DNA of 59,164 nucleotides, the filler included, from Asterionella formosa (lineage: Eukaryota), in NCBI GenBank assembly GCA_002256025.1. It is 4 parts of 4 records of this genome, joined end to end, with 100 filler letters (N's around TTAATTAATTAA, not from the genome) between each part and the next. Parts side by side here need not be neighbours in the genome. Positions count along the whole stretch, not along the records: positions 14,827 to 29,550 come from NKIB01005806.1; positions 29,651 to 44,357 come from NKIB01005814.1; 2 more parts are not named here. The stretch is one strand, 5' to 3'. The notes below the pieces were generated by a model. That model did no database searches, was not told the DNA's origin, and saw nothing but the letters and a program-made list of their open reading frames with translations. Shown here piece after piece: positions 21,940-34,369 of the stretch. Position 1 is the first letter of the stretch. Every line of letters starts with the position of its first letter. Made by a program: the position numbers and the translations under genes.

Positions 21940-23845
21940 TAAAACGCGATCACTATGTGCACCATTGCCAGCATCGCAATACTATATAGTGCCTTCCAGA
22001 TGGTTTCTTTGTCGCTTCCACATGATCACCTACTGACAATATCTTTTACATGTACTTGTACATGTATCAAACAAGTGGTAAATAAAATGAGTCACACATG
22101 CAACAAAGCCATTATCGGCAACCAGTTAGGACTGCCTGCTTGAGACCATTAGGAATTGCTTGAGGTTGCTGCCCCGCAGTTACAAATTGCGAGGTCCATT
22201 TTTTCCCAAATATGTCCATCAATCCACACATCACGTGCAAGTAAATATATAATAGTTAAAGGTTAAATTAGCTTTCACCAATACATGATTAGATAATGTC
22301 ATGTAGGCTGCCCTCGCTAAGAACCTTGTCTTCTTGTTCAGCCTCAAAGTCAGCATTATTTTTATGTCTGTTGTGAAAAAGTGGGAGTCCCTGGTACATG
22401 TCTCTCCCCTCTGGACATACACCCTGGTAATTTTTTTGGCATTTATTTCTGAGTGTGCAATGATAGTATGATTCTTGCCTTGTGCAAACTCTCATTTCGC
22501 TCTCCCCACACTCTAATAACAAGAGACCATATTTGTTGGTTGGTGGCCAGTTTTGACAATTGCCAACATTCTTCTGGAGTTGGGGAGGATGGTTCATCCC
22601 CGTAGCTGTGGACAGCACTGGTGACCCAGTGTTTGTTTAGGTACCCTCTCAGCGTTAGCTTGACTCCTAACTTGTCTTGAAGCCTGATTGCCCTCCTGAG
22701 AATGGATTTAGTCCTTTCCGTAGTGCAGGGGGCACAGCAGAGCTGAAATGCTTGTCCCAATTTATTGATGATATGGGACAGGTAGCTAGTCTAGCCAAAT
22801 TTGAGAGATATCCTTCCCCACTTTGGATGTCGGGCCTTTTTCTGAATCTTTTCAAGCTGTTTATAAGAGAGGCTGGTGACTGGAAGAGAATATGTCATGC
22901 ATCTTTGCCGCCCAAATGGCTCTGTGTGCTTTGTTTGCATCGCCCCATCTAGGCAGTGGGACATTGTCTTTACTGTGTGTTCATTGCTTTTCTGGAGTAA
23001 TTTCTCGGCCTTGGCCTCCCATTTTCCCATTGGATTAGAAAGAAGACCAAGGGACTTTGAGCTTTCCCATGCTGGTTTATGTTTTATTCTTGTAGGAATT
23101 GTATCTCTGCCAGAAAATAATGGTAACTCCACATGTGCTTCTTCAGATAATTTGTAGGTCCCCGAGGGATAGGAGTCACCTGCTGGTAGAAGAGGCGTCA
23201 TTCTTGGGTATCCTAATTCATCCCATTGCCAGTGAATTATATGATAATAACACTTTGATAGTTCTAATGCTCCTTCAGACGAAAACAATAGTTGTTACCA
23301 CAATTGAGCGCAGTTTGCCAATGTTATAACCATGCTGCTCTGTATTGTGGTTGAGTTCTCTGCTGTATTGAACCCTATGGTCATGTCATCTACAAAAGCA
23401 TCCCTAACTCTTAATGACTCTATAGTGTTGGTAAGGTCCTGAAACTCCATACCTTTTGGTGAATGGTTGCCATATGCTATAAAGAGCACATTACACAAGG
23501 AATCCCACACAGAAGGTGACGCTCCAATGCCCTGTCCGATGTCTGCCAGTGGTTTTTCATCGGTCCCAAAGTACTTGCCCTCTGAAATCCCATACACTGT
23601 CTATACCGTGTATTTCATTTGTCGAAGTCGTGTCTCTGCATGGTTGTGCCAGAATTGCTGCAGTCTTCGAGCGCACACCATTGCTTGCCAGATTCACTAG
23701 GATGCGATCATAACAGCTTGCGGCATCATTATCGAAGACTGCCAGTGTTAATCGTTGCTGCCTCGATATGTCATAACATACATTATAATTTTTTTGAATA
23801 GTACATCCATGGTGCTGCGATTTTTATGGGAGCCCTGCATCATGA
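21940..23845 (-). mobile_element. Non-LTR retrotransposon remnant with a reverse transcriptase domain
   Basis: FDNDAASCYDRI, IGQGIGASPSVW, DAFVDDMT (RT catalytic motif) and GALELSKCYYHIIHWQW; stops, frameshifts and internal deletions. Confidence 0.88.
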
Positions 23846-23909
23846 CAATAACAATATGTCATATATATATACAGAGTACCAGTAGCAGGTAGTAAGTGAT
23901 ATACTGGGG

Positions 23910-24135
23910 GTAGTCGGAGTAGTAAACTAGCAACAGAACACCATATGTTCATGACTGTTGCTACTGTAGTGGGACAGTAAATCATCATAGTTTCAGGATT
24001 TTATGATAGTAAAATTGAAAGAGAGTAGTCGGAGTAGTAAGCGAGCAACAGAACACCATATGTTCATGACTACTGCTACTGCAGCGGGACAGTAAATCAT
24101 CATATTTTTAGGATCGTATAATTGTATAATTGAAA
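23910..24135. repeat. Tandem duplication of ~115 bp
   Basis: GTAGTCGGAGTAGTAA...GCAACAGAACACCATATGTTCATGACT...AATTGAAA occurs at ~23910 and ~24025. Confidence 0.9.
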
Positions 24136-24339
24136 ACAAGATATGCTACAACTCAAACTCGGTTCTTTTTTTGTATATGATAATGTAAATAGCACTGTTG
24201 GTTTTATGGTATCATATCTAGACAGCGTAAAATACTATATGTAGTGGCTGATGATTCATTTCACTGTAGCTAGCAACACCTTATTTAAAGATCATCGCAC
24301 TTTAAGGAAGACAACGACAACAGTTATCTAGTAGTACTA

Positions 24340-26156
24340 TGTCTTCAAAAAAAAAAGAGGTTCATGGAAGCAAACAAGCGACATGTGGCAAATACTGCCG
24401 GTATGGAACAAAGAAGCAAGTACCAAAATGAGTTAACAGAGAAAACGCGAATAGGCGATTATCCAAAGGAACCCAATTGGCGACAACAGGGAGTTAGTGG
24501 GGGTACTATCAGCTACTAGTACAGAGGATCCCGTAATAGATACTGAAATCAATGATGACGTTTCTTGTTCAGTTGTTGAACAAGAAAAATGGCTCCTGTT
24601 GATGATACCATTAATAACTCCCGGATGCAGATGGACGACATGGTATCATATCATAAATTTTCCAATTGTGCGGACCAACAAGCAAGTACATGACAAACTG
24701 AGGGAAAAAAATTTTGCACTTGCCAAAGGATATTATCAATTGGTCAATGAACTCAATCAGCAGCCTTATCAGAACGTTGTTCCCGCTTAGCTAAAATTGA
24801 ACCAAACCATTAATTGTAACAAAGGGTGTGAGTTTTATTTTAAAGACCAAGAAGTTTTCCTGTGAACATGTAAGTTTGAGGTTATAGTTCGTGAATTGCA
24901 GGTACTGTAAAACAGAATATCAATATAATTTTCTTTTTTTCTGCTCCCAAAAGAGAATCAAACATCCCGCCCTATCTGGTCCAAGTAGTATGAAAGGCAT
25001 TTCCAATCACAAACAGGATTGGTTTGCCGAATGTTGCCTAACTCGGCTATTCAGAGTGAAACCGGAGTTAGGCAAAGAAGTGGAGAGTGACCCAGAGCTT
25101 GCCGATTTCACATGGAATGGTTCGGATGCACTGCTTCCGATGAATCAGACCATTGAACGTACCAACAAGGCATGTTTAGATTACATCAAATCAACATTTG
25201 GTGTTATGTGCATTAAAAGGTTGAGCTAGAGAATGTCAGAATGTGCGTATTGAATAATCAATTTAATGGAATCTTAAGTAAGTTCTTGCAGGGCGGGAGA
25301 TGCTCTGAAAGCATGATGTTTTGAGTCGGTGATTATATTCTTATCAAATATTTTTGAATTTAAAAATGCTAACATAATTCATGACAGACCAGCTGGTCTA
25401 ACAGAATATAAGTTCTAGACTATGGATATTGATGACTTTATTAGGTGGGCGTTGACGCTTTATCGTTTTGCGCAGTCAAAGGACATTGACAGGGGAAGCC
25501 AAGGATACGAAGTCTGGCGTGATGTTCTTGCTCCAGTGTATTTTATAGGCAGGACAAGCCGTGGAGAACCATTTTTAACAGGAGACAAATCTGGTGTGAC
25601 CAAATTTCAGCTCAGTTTCCGGGCTCAGTGTGAATTGCAATCACGTTTTGTTGGTTCGCTGATCAATGCCAGTGCAGAAGCCTTTTGCTTCTTGGTGCTG
25701 AAAGGAAAATTCCGATTGCAACAAAAATATTTGGGTTTCAATCCAGATACACATGAAATTTCAGAGAACGATAAACATTCGTCATTCTACTGATTTTGTC
25801 GACATTGGTGGGAAACCACTTATCAAAAAAGTGTGAGGGAAGAAAGTCCAGTTTCAAATGGACTCACTGATCAATGGACGGATGATGTTTTTTTACTCGT
25901 TTATTATAAGGAAATCTACACTGGACTTTCACAAAAGAATCGATCTGAATATGGAAGGAATCCTAGTGGAATTGCTACTTCCACAACAAATATCATCTAC
26001 CAACACTCATACTTCTCAATTTCAAACATAAGTGAAGAGGATATGCATCAATATGTTGAACCACTTCAACCAAATGTTCCTGAGAAGAATATTGATTACA
26101 ATGAACGCATTAATCAATGGGACATTGATGACGACGTTGATTTTGAATGGATCTAA
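24340..26156 (+). pseudogene. Fragmented ORF of unknown function, probably an accessory gene of the adjacent Plavaka/CMC-like element
   Basis: Chain of plus-strand ORF fragments (24497-24790, 24891-25229, 25422-25793, 25833-26156) with protein-like composition; no motif recognised. Confidence 0.4.
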
Positions 26157-26429
26157 TAGAATCCAATGCATGCTTAGTGGTTACATAATAAATATAGTAA
26201 GTGTGAGACTTCTACAATGCACAAACCATATCATAGATGTTAGGTAAACATTGATGCTGCTCTATACTACTAGTAGTGGTGCCTGTAATTTATGTAGCGG
26301 TATACCTTCATATTTGCTACTATGGTGGAGTGACTCTGTGCATATTGTCCAGCACAGCATGATCAGAGAGATGCTAAATTTATTATTAATAATTCATTTT
26401 CATTCTATCCTTTTCATATCCTGACTTTG

Positions 26430-28860
26430 TCATCATTTGAAATCTGCAATGTCTTTGCGGACATTGCAATGGTTCGGAAGAACAAATCCCCATCTCAGTC
26501 TCGCAATCGAAATTGTAGCAACCGTGATTTCTATGCATATGGTCACTGTCGACATTACATGCAAGAACATTGATTTCCTGGAATACATAATGAAACTATG
26601 TACTATTGCGGTAGTGCATCGAATCATTCAAGGAAAGAAGTTAATGGCATTGCGACTGCTGCAGCATCATTTAGGCAGGGAGAGTAGACAACAAGAAGAG
26701 ATTATGTGTCCTTTCCTTGAATGAAGTGGCCACAATCATCCATTTCATGACGACAGCGATGATTCAGTTTATGACAATATTCAGTTACACCAAGACGAAA
26801 AATTTAGACTAAAAACTCTACAAGGATTGAATGCAGAAAAACCATGCAATATTCAGATTTTCAAGATCACACCGGCTCTCTCCCTGAAAATGCAATGGAA
26901 ATGCCTCTTCCTCCTCAATTTCAACTTCCAAGTAACATTCTCTAAACATGCGCGCATCCAATCGATTTAGAACTCATGTTATTACTTAAAGAGAATTACC
27001 TTCCACCAGTTTACTTTGATCATCTAATGAAATGGCTATTCAAGGCAAAAGCAATGAAATATTTTGATGGAAGTTATCAAGCTCCATCCTACCAGACTTT
27101 GTAAAACACATTGATGTGCATTTCAATTCCACCAACATTAGCTGGTGGTCAACTGTTGACCAAACAAATACAGATTGATAACAATTCAAACATGATCATC
27201 CCACGAACACTCCATTATTTCGAACCAACAATGCAACTCATGGCAGCTTTGCTACCTGATTCCGATATCATGCAACATATTGTATGTCACCCAAAAGTGA
27301 AACTAAAAAACTTGTGGAGAACGCATATATGACAAAGTAATTTCCGCAACTTGGTTTGAAAATGCGTTCAACAATTTTCCTGCATCAGAAAATGGAGTGT
27401 TGAAGACAGGGTGTATATTTTGTTGCCCTAGCAGTTTTCAGTGATGATTCACCTATTGATGAAATAAATGAAACATTCCGAGCATCCGTTTTTGTTGACA
27501 ATGTTAAACTTAACGTTAGAAGGAAGGAAAAAAGTTGATTTATGGCAATTGCTATCTCTTTGGCCAGACATTGAAGTCAGTGATCTGGAGAAAGAAATGA
27601 ATAATAAGTTATCTGGTGATGACTTGTCCTTATGTCGACTCAAATTATACCATTATGTTGCAGGATTTCTATTGTCGCCTTTCGAAGAGCGATCCAAACA
27701 AGTGAAGAGTGATCCAAACAAGTGAAGGGCGATCCAAACAAGTCATACGATATTTGGGTTCATGGTCTTGGCCTTGGCCTTGGCCTTGGTATGACAAATG
27801 TTTATTTCCAGATTGGAATGATCATTGGTGATACAGAAGAGCACAACAAATTTGTGGTTTCAGGGGTGGTAATTGATTATATCGACGATATGTTTGTCGT
27901 GATTGCCTGGTTTCAACTGAAGATGCTGATAATCCCGATATTGGATGTGAACCTCATAAAGTGTCAGATGTTAAAAAGGTTTTAAAGAAATTTCTTGACG
28001 AAAATGCATATCCCGATGGAAAATTACCATGTATCCCACCTGAGTATTGTGTCTCCTAATCTAATGGCAAATACGAAACAGCAAATGAGTGGTGCCGTGT
28101 TATAGCTATTGCATAATCCTATTATGTCTGCACTAATAAATGATTTTTTCGGTGGTGACTTTTTAGAAGGATTATTTGGTGCAACTCCATTTGAGGTTCT
28201 TCATCAATTACTACTTTGAATAGTTAAGTTGGCACATTTTGGAATCATTGTACAATTTTTGGACTATCCCTGAAGAATGGACATGGTTTTTAAAACAAAG
28301 AAAATAGTCAGATATTCCAGAGAACATCTCTGATCAGAAACGTAGCACTGAAACAACAGACATTGCTTTTCTTGATCAAGAACAGCAAGAACCATTCACC
28401 ATCCCTTTCTGTTAAAGTTCAATTCTCTGCTTCATCATCAAATGGTCTATGGATTATTGCAGGTTTTCCTAAAACGATTAGGCATGTATCACGGAGTGAG
28501 GATTAACCCTTGTCTCAACTGTTGGTTCATCCTGATTTACCGAAAGGGGCCAACTATGTAAAGAGCATTGCGAATTCAGCAATAGAAATAGCAAGAATTG
28601 ATAGTCTTGAAGATGGGGTTGCGCCTGTTTCCCTTGTAAGGATTGGCTTTTATTATCATGTTTAAATTGAAAGTATCATTCCCAGCCAAACTACTACTAT
28701 TTTCAGATGCCATCCGAAATGGAATAATGATTCAAATGCAAGAATATCTGGTCGTGAATGGTTTGAATGGCTGGGTCGAAGTGAACTGGGAGAAAGGAGA
28801 TGGATCAAGTTCCTACACAGTTCCAGCAAAACTGAAGCAACAACCATTCTGTTAGCGTGT
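26430..28860 (+). pseudogene. Plavaka-type / CMC-related DDE transposase pseudogene
   Basis: Motifs across broken frames: LLLKENYLPPVYFDHLMKW, HPFLLTMLNLTLEGR...WQLL, IIGDTEEHNK.CG, CRDCLVSTEDADNP, GLFGATPFEVLHQLLL, FRCHPKW...W.EW. Confidence 0.65.
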
Positions 28861-29039
28861 ATTTGTTCCTTTAAAAGTTCAACTGAAATGAAAAATTCAT
28901 AAACGTATGTTTTTGGCAAGAGGAGACACCTTATGAAATGATACAACTGAATTGAGCGTTGTTGAATTTCATAACATACTTTCGGCAGCATTTTTTGTTC
29001 CTGCTTTGAAACCGCATGAACCAAGGAAGTCTCTGAATT

Positions 29040-29550
29040 CGCAAGATCTTATGGAACAGATACAAAAAATATAATTTTGGATCTCTTCTCTTGGGATGCA
29101 CTCCTCATGTCATTTGGAGAATTGTTTATGTAATGTGTGTTGCGTATATAATCTACCTTTTTTCGCACTTCCTGTTGTTTTTGTTGTTGTGTTTTGTGCT
29201 GTTTTGGTTGAAAATACTCCTGAAATGATTGTTGTCCTGTTTCTGCTCCTCCCTTGGAAATGAACATCTCTCCTGAATATTTCCCCTCTTCTGCTATAGT
29301 CCCTCCTAATTTTTTCATCATGCTCCGATTGGGAAATCGTATTTTTTTTCATTATGAAGCACCTCTTTTCTATCTTTCCACGCTCCAATGATTACTTTCC
29401 AAAATTGAGCCCGATGTATTGGCTGCCGCTGTAGCCCAACTGTTGCACTGCACTTATTTTGGTTGCATATCTTCTTCCTCTGAACGGTAAGCTGCACTTT
29501 TCCGTACCTTGCCAAGATACCCCCTCATCGTCAAAATTATGCCCAGTTGG
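29040..29550 (-). mobile_element. Third LINE fragment (ORF2 C-terminus)
   Basis: QLGIILTMRGYL and WKVIIGAWKDRKEVLH parallel DKLGVKLTLRGYL and WSLVIRVWGERNESLH in the element at 22443-22760. Confidence 0.65.
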
Positions 29551-29651
29551 NNNNNNNNNNNNNNNNNNNNNNNNNNNNNNNNNNNNNNNNNNNNTTAATT
29601 AATTAANNNNNNNNNNNNNNNNNNNNNNNNNNNNNNNNNNNNNNNNNNNNG

Positions 29652-30224
29652 GCTCGATATCCACTAGAATTCAACCTTAATCCAACTCGAGTTAATGATG
29701 TTACAATTGTCGAAAGTACTCAATACTATCGGAATGGAGTCATGATATTCATCTCTGGATTCCCTACCCCCTATATACCTTGGGTTGAGAAATCCCTTTA
29801 TGAAATTCTGATTGAAGCCAATATTCGACGAGGTGGTGATCTCTCCACCTTCATTTCAATCGTGAATAATACAGTTGATTTTAAAAAGGAGTTGCAGGCA
29901 GATGGAACTGGAGCAACAACTTTATTCGCTCCTACCAATGAGAATTTATCCACATCCATGGGTAACCTCACCACCTTTCTTAACAATCACATTGCTGTTG
30001 GTAATGTTGCAACACGAGCTTGGAAGACAATCCCCACTGGTATTATTTTGAATGACACGCACTTGAGTTTGGAAACGTTTGGTGGAACTACTTTAGTGCT
30101 GGCCATGACGCAACCGAATATCACCATCAATAACGATGCAACAATCATTGAATCTGACCTATTTTCTGAATTTGGTATAGTGCATATTATTGACAAGCCT
30201 ATTATAGCTGCTGCTCAAAAATGA
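29652..30224 (+). CDS. Fasciclin (FAS1) domain protein, 3' part; 5' end lies in the gap
   Basis: Open frame from the gap edge with FAS1 motifs NGVMIFI, TTLFAPTNE and GIVHIIDKPI. Confidence 0.85.
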   Translation, partial: ARYPLEFNLNPTRVNDVTIVESTQYYRNGVMIFISGFPTPYIPWVEKSLYEILIEANIRRGGDLSTFISIVNNTVDFKKELQADGTGATTLFAPTNENLSTSMGNLTTFLNNHIAVGNVATRAWKTIPTGIILNDTHLSLETFGGTTLVLAMTQPNITINNDATIIESDLFSEFGIVHIIDKPIIAAAQK

Positions 30225-30283
30225 AGCAATGTACCGGTATGCACAACGAAGCACCGACTGCGATCTATAAAGCACTATGAAAA

Positions 30284-31420
30284 TTAATTGGTTGGTGGGT
30301 GCTTATAGTAAAATGTTTCCATCAATTCACTATTCAAAAATTCCTTGGCGGCTTCATAATCTTCCTTTGAAAATCCCGCCCTAATCCCTAGCGGCTTCCC
30401 ATACTTAATCCACGCCGCTACCATTCCCGTTCTCACTGACCCATGTCCAGGTCCATCCTTTGCGGATTCAACAATGTATTGAAAGGGTCGGTCGGTTCTG
30501 ACTTTTCCACCGGCACACTCACATATTTGATGTGTTAAATTTTTTGCATGAAAGATTAAATCTTCAAACCGTACTATAATGCGTGGATACAATGTCGTGT
30601 CATAATAATATCTGTACCAATCATTCCAAAGATGTGCTAGAGACGAGTGGTGGTCAACTCGATCGTCCGCATACTTGACGCTTAACTCCATCGTCTCTTG
30701 ACGCTTGTTCACTAAATGCGGACAAATCTTATCAGGATGTTCCCATTTGGCAGAGTATGGGTGTCGGCACATGGTTGCCATCCAGTGATATGGATGCCTC
30801 ACTGTAATGACAGGAAGCACTGTCTCCTTCCGTATACTCCTTGCTTTTTCCGTCGAATGTTCTTCTCGGTACTTGGCATGCGTATGCTTTCCCCATGGCA
30901 CTTGCCATCTTATGCCATGTGCCTCGCGGGTGGCATGGATCCCGTACCGTTCGACTCGTTCGGGTATTTGACAATTTTGTTTCAATAGTTGTGTTACTAA
31001 ATTTGTACCCGAATTGAACATTCCAGAACATCCTAAATTGCGTTCTACGGCAGGTATTGTGGATCGGAAGCGGGCACAAGTGTCCAATCCGTAAATGGTG
31101 GGTGCATCTCCAATGTGGTCCCTTATTTGTGCCCAGGTGGGCAATTCTGCCATGGACTCCTGGTCGAGAGTTATTCCAGCGGCTTTGAATATCGTTAAAA
31201 TGTGTTGTTCGTCACTGTCATTTACTGTGATTGATGGGCCGAGAGGGATTGGTACAAGTGGCGATTTTCTTGAACGGCGTTGCCAAATGACGTAATAAAC
31301 GTTGCCAGCCAGCATGGATAATATTCCAACAAAGGAAACTGAAACGAGAATGAAGTTGCCAGATAGTTTACAAACGCCTCCTCGCCGGCTTGAGTTGTTC
31401 CGTAAGCTGGGGATTGTCAT
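30284..31420 (-). CDS. Type II membrane sulfotransferase-like protein
   Basis: N-terminal TM helix; GMFNSGTNL (PAPS-loop-like), WQVPWGKH, VRHPYHWMATMCRHPY and IVRFEDL. Confidence 0.8.
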   Translation of the reverse strand: MTIPSLRNNSSRRGGVCKLSGNFILVSVSFVGILSMLAGNVYYVIWQRRSRKSPLVPIPLGPSITVNDSDEQHILTIFKAAGITLDQESMAELPTWAQIRDHIGDAPTIYGLDTCARFRSTIPAVERNLGCSGMFNSGTNLVTQLLKQNCQIPERVERYGIHATREAHGIRWQVPWGKHTHAKYREEHSTEKARSIRKETVLPVITVRHPYHWMATMCRHPYSAKWEHPDKICPHLVNKRQETMELSVKYADDRVDHHSSLAHLWNDWYRYYYDTTLYPRIIVRFEDLIFHAKNLTHQICECAGGKVRTDRPFQYIVESAKDGPGHGSVRTGMVAAWIKYGKPLGIRAGFSKEDYEAAKEFLNSELMETFYYKHPPTN

Positions 31421-32134
31421 TGGTCCCTTTTGAAAGGGATGAATGCAAACAACTGAAAGTAGCACTACCGGTTTGTTTTATACAGGATGATGGATGTAGG
31501 TGAAGCAATGATTTCAAGTTTGCGTTTCTTTGGAAAATGGAACCGGTAACTCAATGACAATTAATAATCCATCCATGTTATTACCATTATTTTATCTGAA
31601 ATTCGGACCGTACCGGTATTTGCTTTCCATAATATATGATGTAAAAACAAGTCTACCGGTAGTATTATGCCTCGTACCAGGAACCGGTACCAGGTGCTAT
31701 GTGCGGTGTGGGATGAATACAAAAGGGACCGGTATGCATCATGCATTCTCCATACGTACATATACAATGCATTCACCCATTAACCGTTGAATAACGCACT
31801 TATTTGAATTTTACACTGTCGATGACAGTCATGTGACTATCGGTACCAGCTGTACGACGACCAGGACGAAATTATCTAGTCCATTATAGAAAAATATGCA
31901 AAGCTATGTGATTCATGCTTTATGTATATTTGTGTGCCGGTATTATATGTACTACCGGTTTGCATTGTTTTTACATATGTGTACCACTCTGCCAGATACT
32001 TCTTTGGCAAGGTGGTGTCCACTTGCCTAATGTCCACTTTGCTAAATAACGACAACCAAAGCAACCCAGGCAGCCCACCATCAATTACTGTATAGCTTCA
32101 GCTTACCAGAGAAGCAGCGGGTAACAAAATCATT

Positions 32135-33535
32135 ATGGCTGGTGGTGGTGGTGGTGGCAAGAAACGAGATCCAACAGAAGCTTCCTCCTTTGGTGGTGTT
32201 TTATGGACAATTCTATTGTTGGGTTTGTGCTTTTGTCTGGTCGATATGTTCTACCTCTTTTATGCTCATCACCTCACTCAAATCGAGAACGGCACTGCGT
32301 TCGGATCAAATCTCCCTTTTGGTAGTGTATTGGCTGAACAACAAACGGAAAACAACAACAACAACAACAGCAACAACAACAACCAGCAACGACAACAACA
32401 ACAAGATACTACCAATAAGAATCATAAAGAGAGAATATTTGTAGCAGATCGGAAGCGTTCGTTCAACAACAAGAACAGCAAACATTTCAAATTTTCACCA
32501 GCGCTTGCTGTAGGAAAAGAAGAAATCATTGCCATATTACAAGACGCCGTTGGAGTTGATGAACTCGATGATGCTACTGTTCGTCGCTTGCCAACATGGC
32601 AATCCATTGTTGCTCGCTATGGAACGAAACCAAAGATTTTTGGTCTCGATACTTGCCACACGTTCCAAACGACCATTCCACCAGAAGAATCATTTGTTGC
32701 ACCCGCCGGGGCATTCAATTCTGGGACCAACTTGTTGGCTGAATTGCTCATTGCCAATTGTCACCTACCAGCACGACAAAAAAAATATGGTAGCGGCTCT
32801 AGGGGGGTGCGATGGCAAGTCAATTGGGGCAAGCACCAGCCACCTAAATGGAGACTAGAACATGATGTAACATCAGACAACAAAGTACCGAATCAGAATA
32901 TACTACCAGTTGTTACTATTAGAGACCCATACCTATGGATGCAGAGCATGTGTCGACATCGATATGCCGCGCATTGGTTTCATCGACCCAGACACTGCCC
33001 TAATTTAGTGGCCAATTGGATGGATTTAGACTTTTTGGAATATGCGAGGAGCGGAGAGTACAAGGAAATGAGTAATTATCATCACAACGACCCATGGTTG
33101 ATTGACAACGTGATGAACACTGCCAACTTCACTGCTGACCAAGTCATTATTCCCCTTTATGTCAAGTACAAAAGTGAAACAACCAATCACAAATCACTTG
33201 CTCATCTTTGGAATGATTGGTATAATGAATATATCCAAGGGGACTTTCCGAGGTTAATTGTTAGATTTGAAGACTTGTTGTTTTTTGGAAAGGAAGTGAC
33301 GGAGCAAGCCTGCAAGTGTGCTGGAGGAGAGCTGTATCCAAACTTTAAGCATATCGGCGTATCAGCAAAGCAGGGGGATATCCATGGCAATAAAAAGACG
33401 TCCTTGGTGGAAGCGTTAATACGATACGGACATCGACAGAATGTGACAATGGGCATGTCGAAGGAGGACATTTTGTATGCCAAAAAGGCTTTTGATGGAG
33501 AGTTGATGAAGATTTTTTCTTACAGTCATCCATAA
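32135..33535 (+). CDS. Type II membrane sulfotransferase-like protein (paralog, divergently transcribed)
   Basis: TM helix and N/Q-rich stem; GAFNSGTNL, WQVNWGKH, IRDPYLWMQSMCRH and IVRFEDL. Confidence 0.82.
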   Translation: MAGGGGGGKKRDPTEASSFGGVLWTILLLGLCFCLVDMFYLFYAHHLTQIENGTAFGSNLPFGSVLAEQQTENNNNNNSNNNNQQRQQQQDTTNKNHKERIFVADRKRSFNNKNSKHFKFSPALAVGKEEIIAILQDAVGVDELDDATVRRLPTWQSIVARYGTKPKIFGLDTCHTFQTTIPPEESFVAPAGAFNSGTNLLAELLIANCHLPARQKKYGSGSRGVRWQVNWGKHQPPKWRLEHDVTSDNKVPNQNILPVVTIRDPYLWMQSMCRHRYAAHWFHRPRHCPNLVANWMDLDFLEYARSGEYKEMSNYHHNDPWLIDNVMNTANFTADQVIIPLYVKYKSETTNHKSLAHLWNDWYNEYIQGDFPRLIVRFEDLLFFGKEVTEQACKCAGGELYPNFKHIGVSAKQGDIHGNKKTSLVEALIRYGHRQNVTMGMSKEDILYAKKAFDGELMKIFSYSHP

Positions 33536-34369
33536 TCTAGATGGGGTTGTGAGTATAGAGATACCATTTTTTGTATCCACTCGTGATCTCGACAGTTGGA
33601 TTCTGTCCCATGAGGTGAATGGTGGCGAACAAAATTCGAGCAACTCTCGAGGGAGAAACAACTCTGTTCACCCAATGCCAGCCAAAAAGAACCAGATTGT
33701 GAGAATCATTTCGATTTGAATTAAATCTCAGTAATGACAATGCTTAACAAATTTCCACAGAAAGGAGCTCTTTTCTGATTGCTGTACCAGGTACCCAGTT
33801 CCCGATACATTTTGCATCACTTGATAGGAATGATTTGCTGTTCGTAGTTATTTTTTGTCGTACAGGTATCCGTTTGTGCCTGCACTTTGGTGAAAGAGTA
33901 CCAGTACGAGTCAGGTACCCTGGTAACTCCGNNNNNNNNNNNNNNNNNNNNNNNNNNNNNNNNNNNNNNNNNNNNNNNNNNNNNNNNNNNNNNNNNNNNN
34001 NNNNNNNNNNNNNNNNNNNNNNNNNNNNNNNNNNNNNNNNNNNNNNNNNNNNNNNNNNNNNNNNNNNNNNNNNNNNNNNNNNNNNNNNNNNNNNNNNNNN
34101 NNNNNNNNNNNNNNNNNNNNNNNNNNTCGAATACTGGTACTGGTACCTGGAGACGACAACACTTTCTCGGTCGCCTTTTGCTGAACCAGTACCGGTATAC
34201 CGGTACACTCGATGATACGACCACGACCAATTTTAACGACCAGTGTACCAAATTGTATCTAGTGGCCAAAAGCAGCTTTATAGCGATATCATGTACTAAG
34301 TAGGTTCAAGGCATTTTATGTGCAGGTCTAAATACTGATGTCTAGTTCGAGATCGCAGTCGTTATTGCC

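Noticed and set aside
27690..27790. 20-bp x3 repeat and (GGCCTT)n run
   Set aside because: Local slippage within a dead transposase.
33744..34303. ORFs spanning N runs (also 38291-38798 and 44181-44628)
   Set aside because: They stay open only because of unknown bases.
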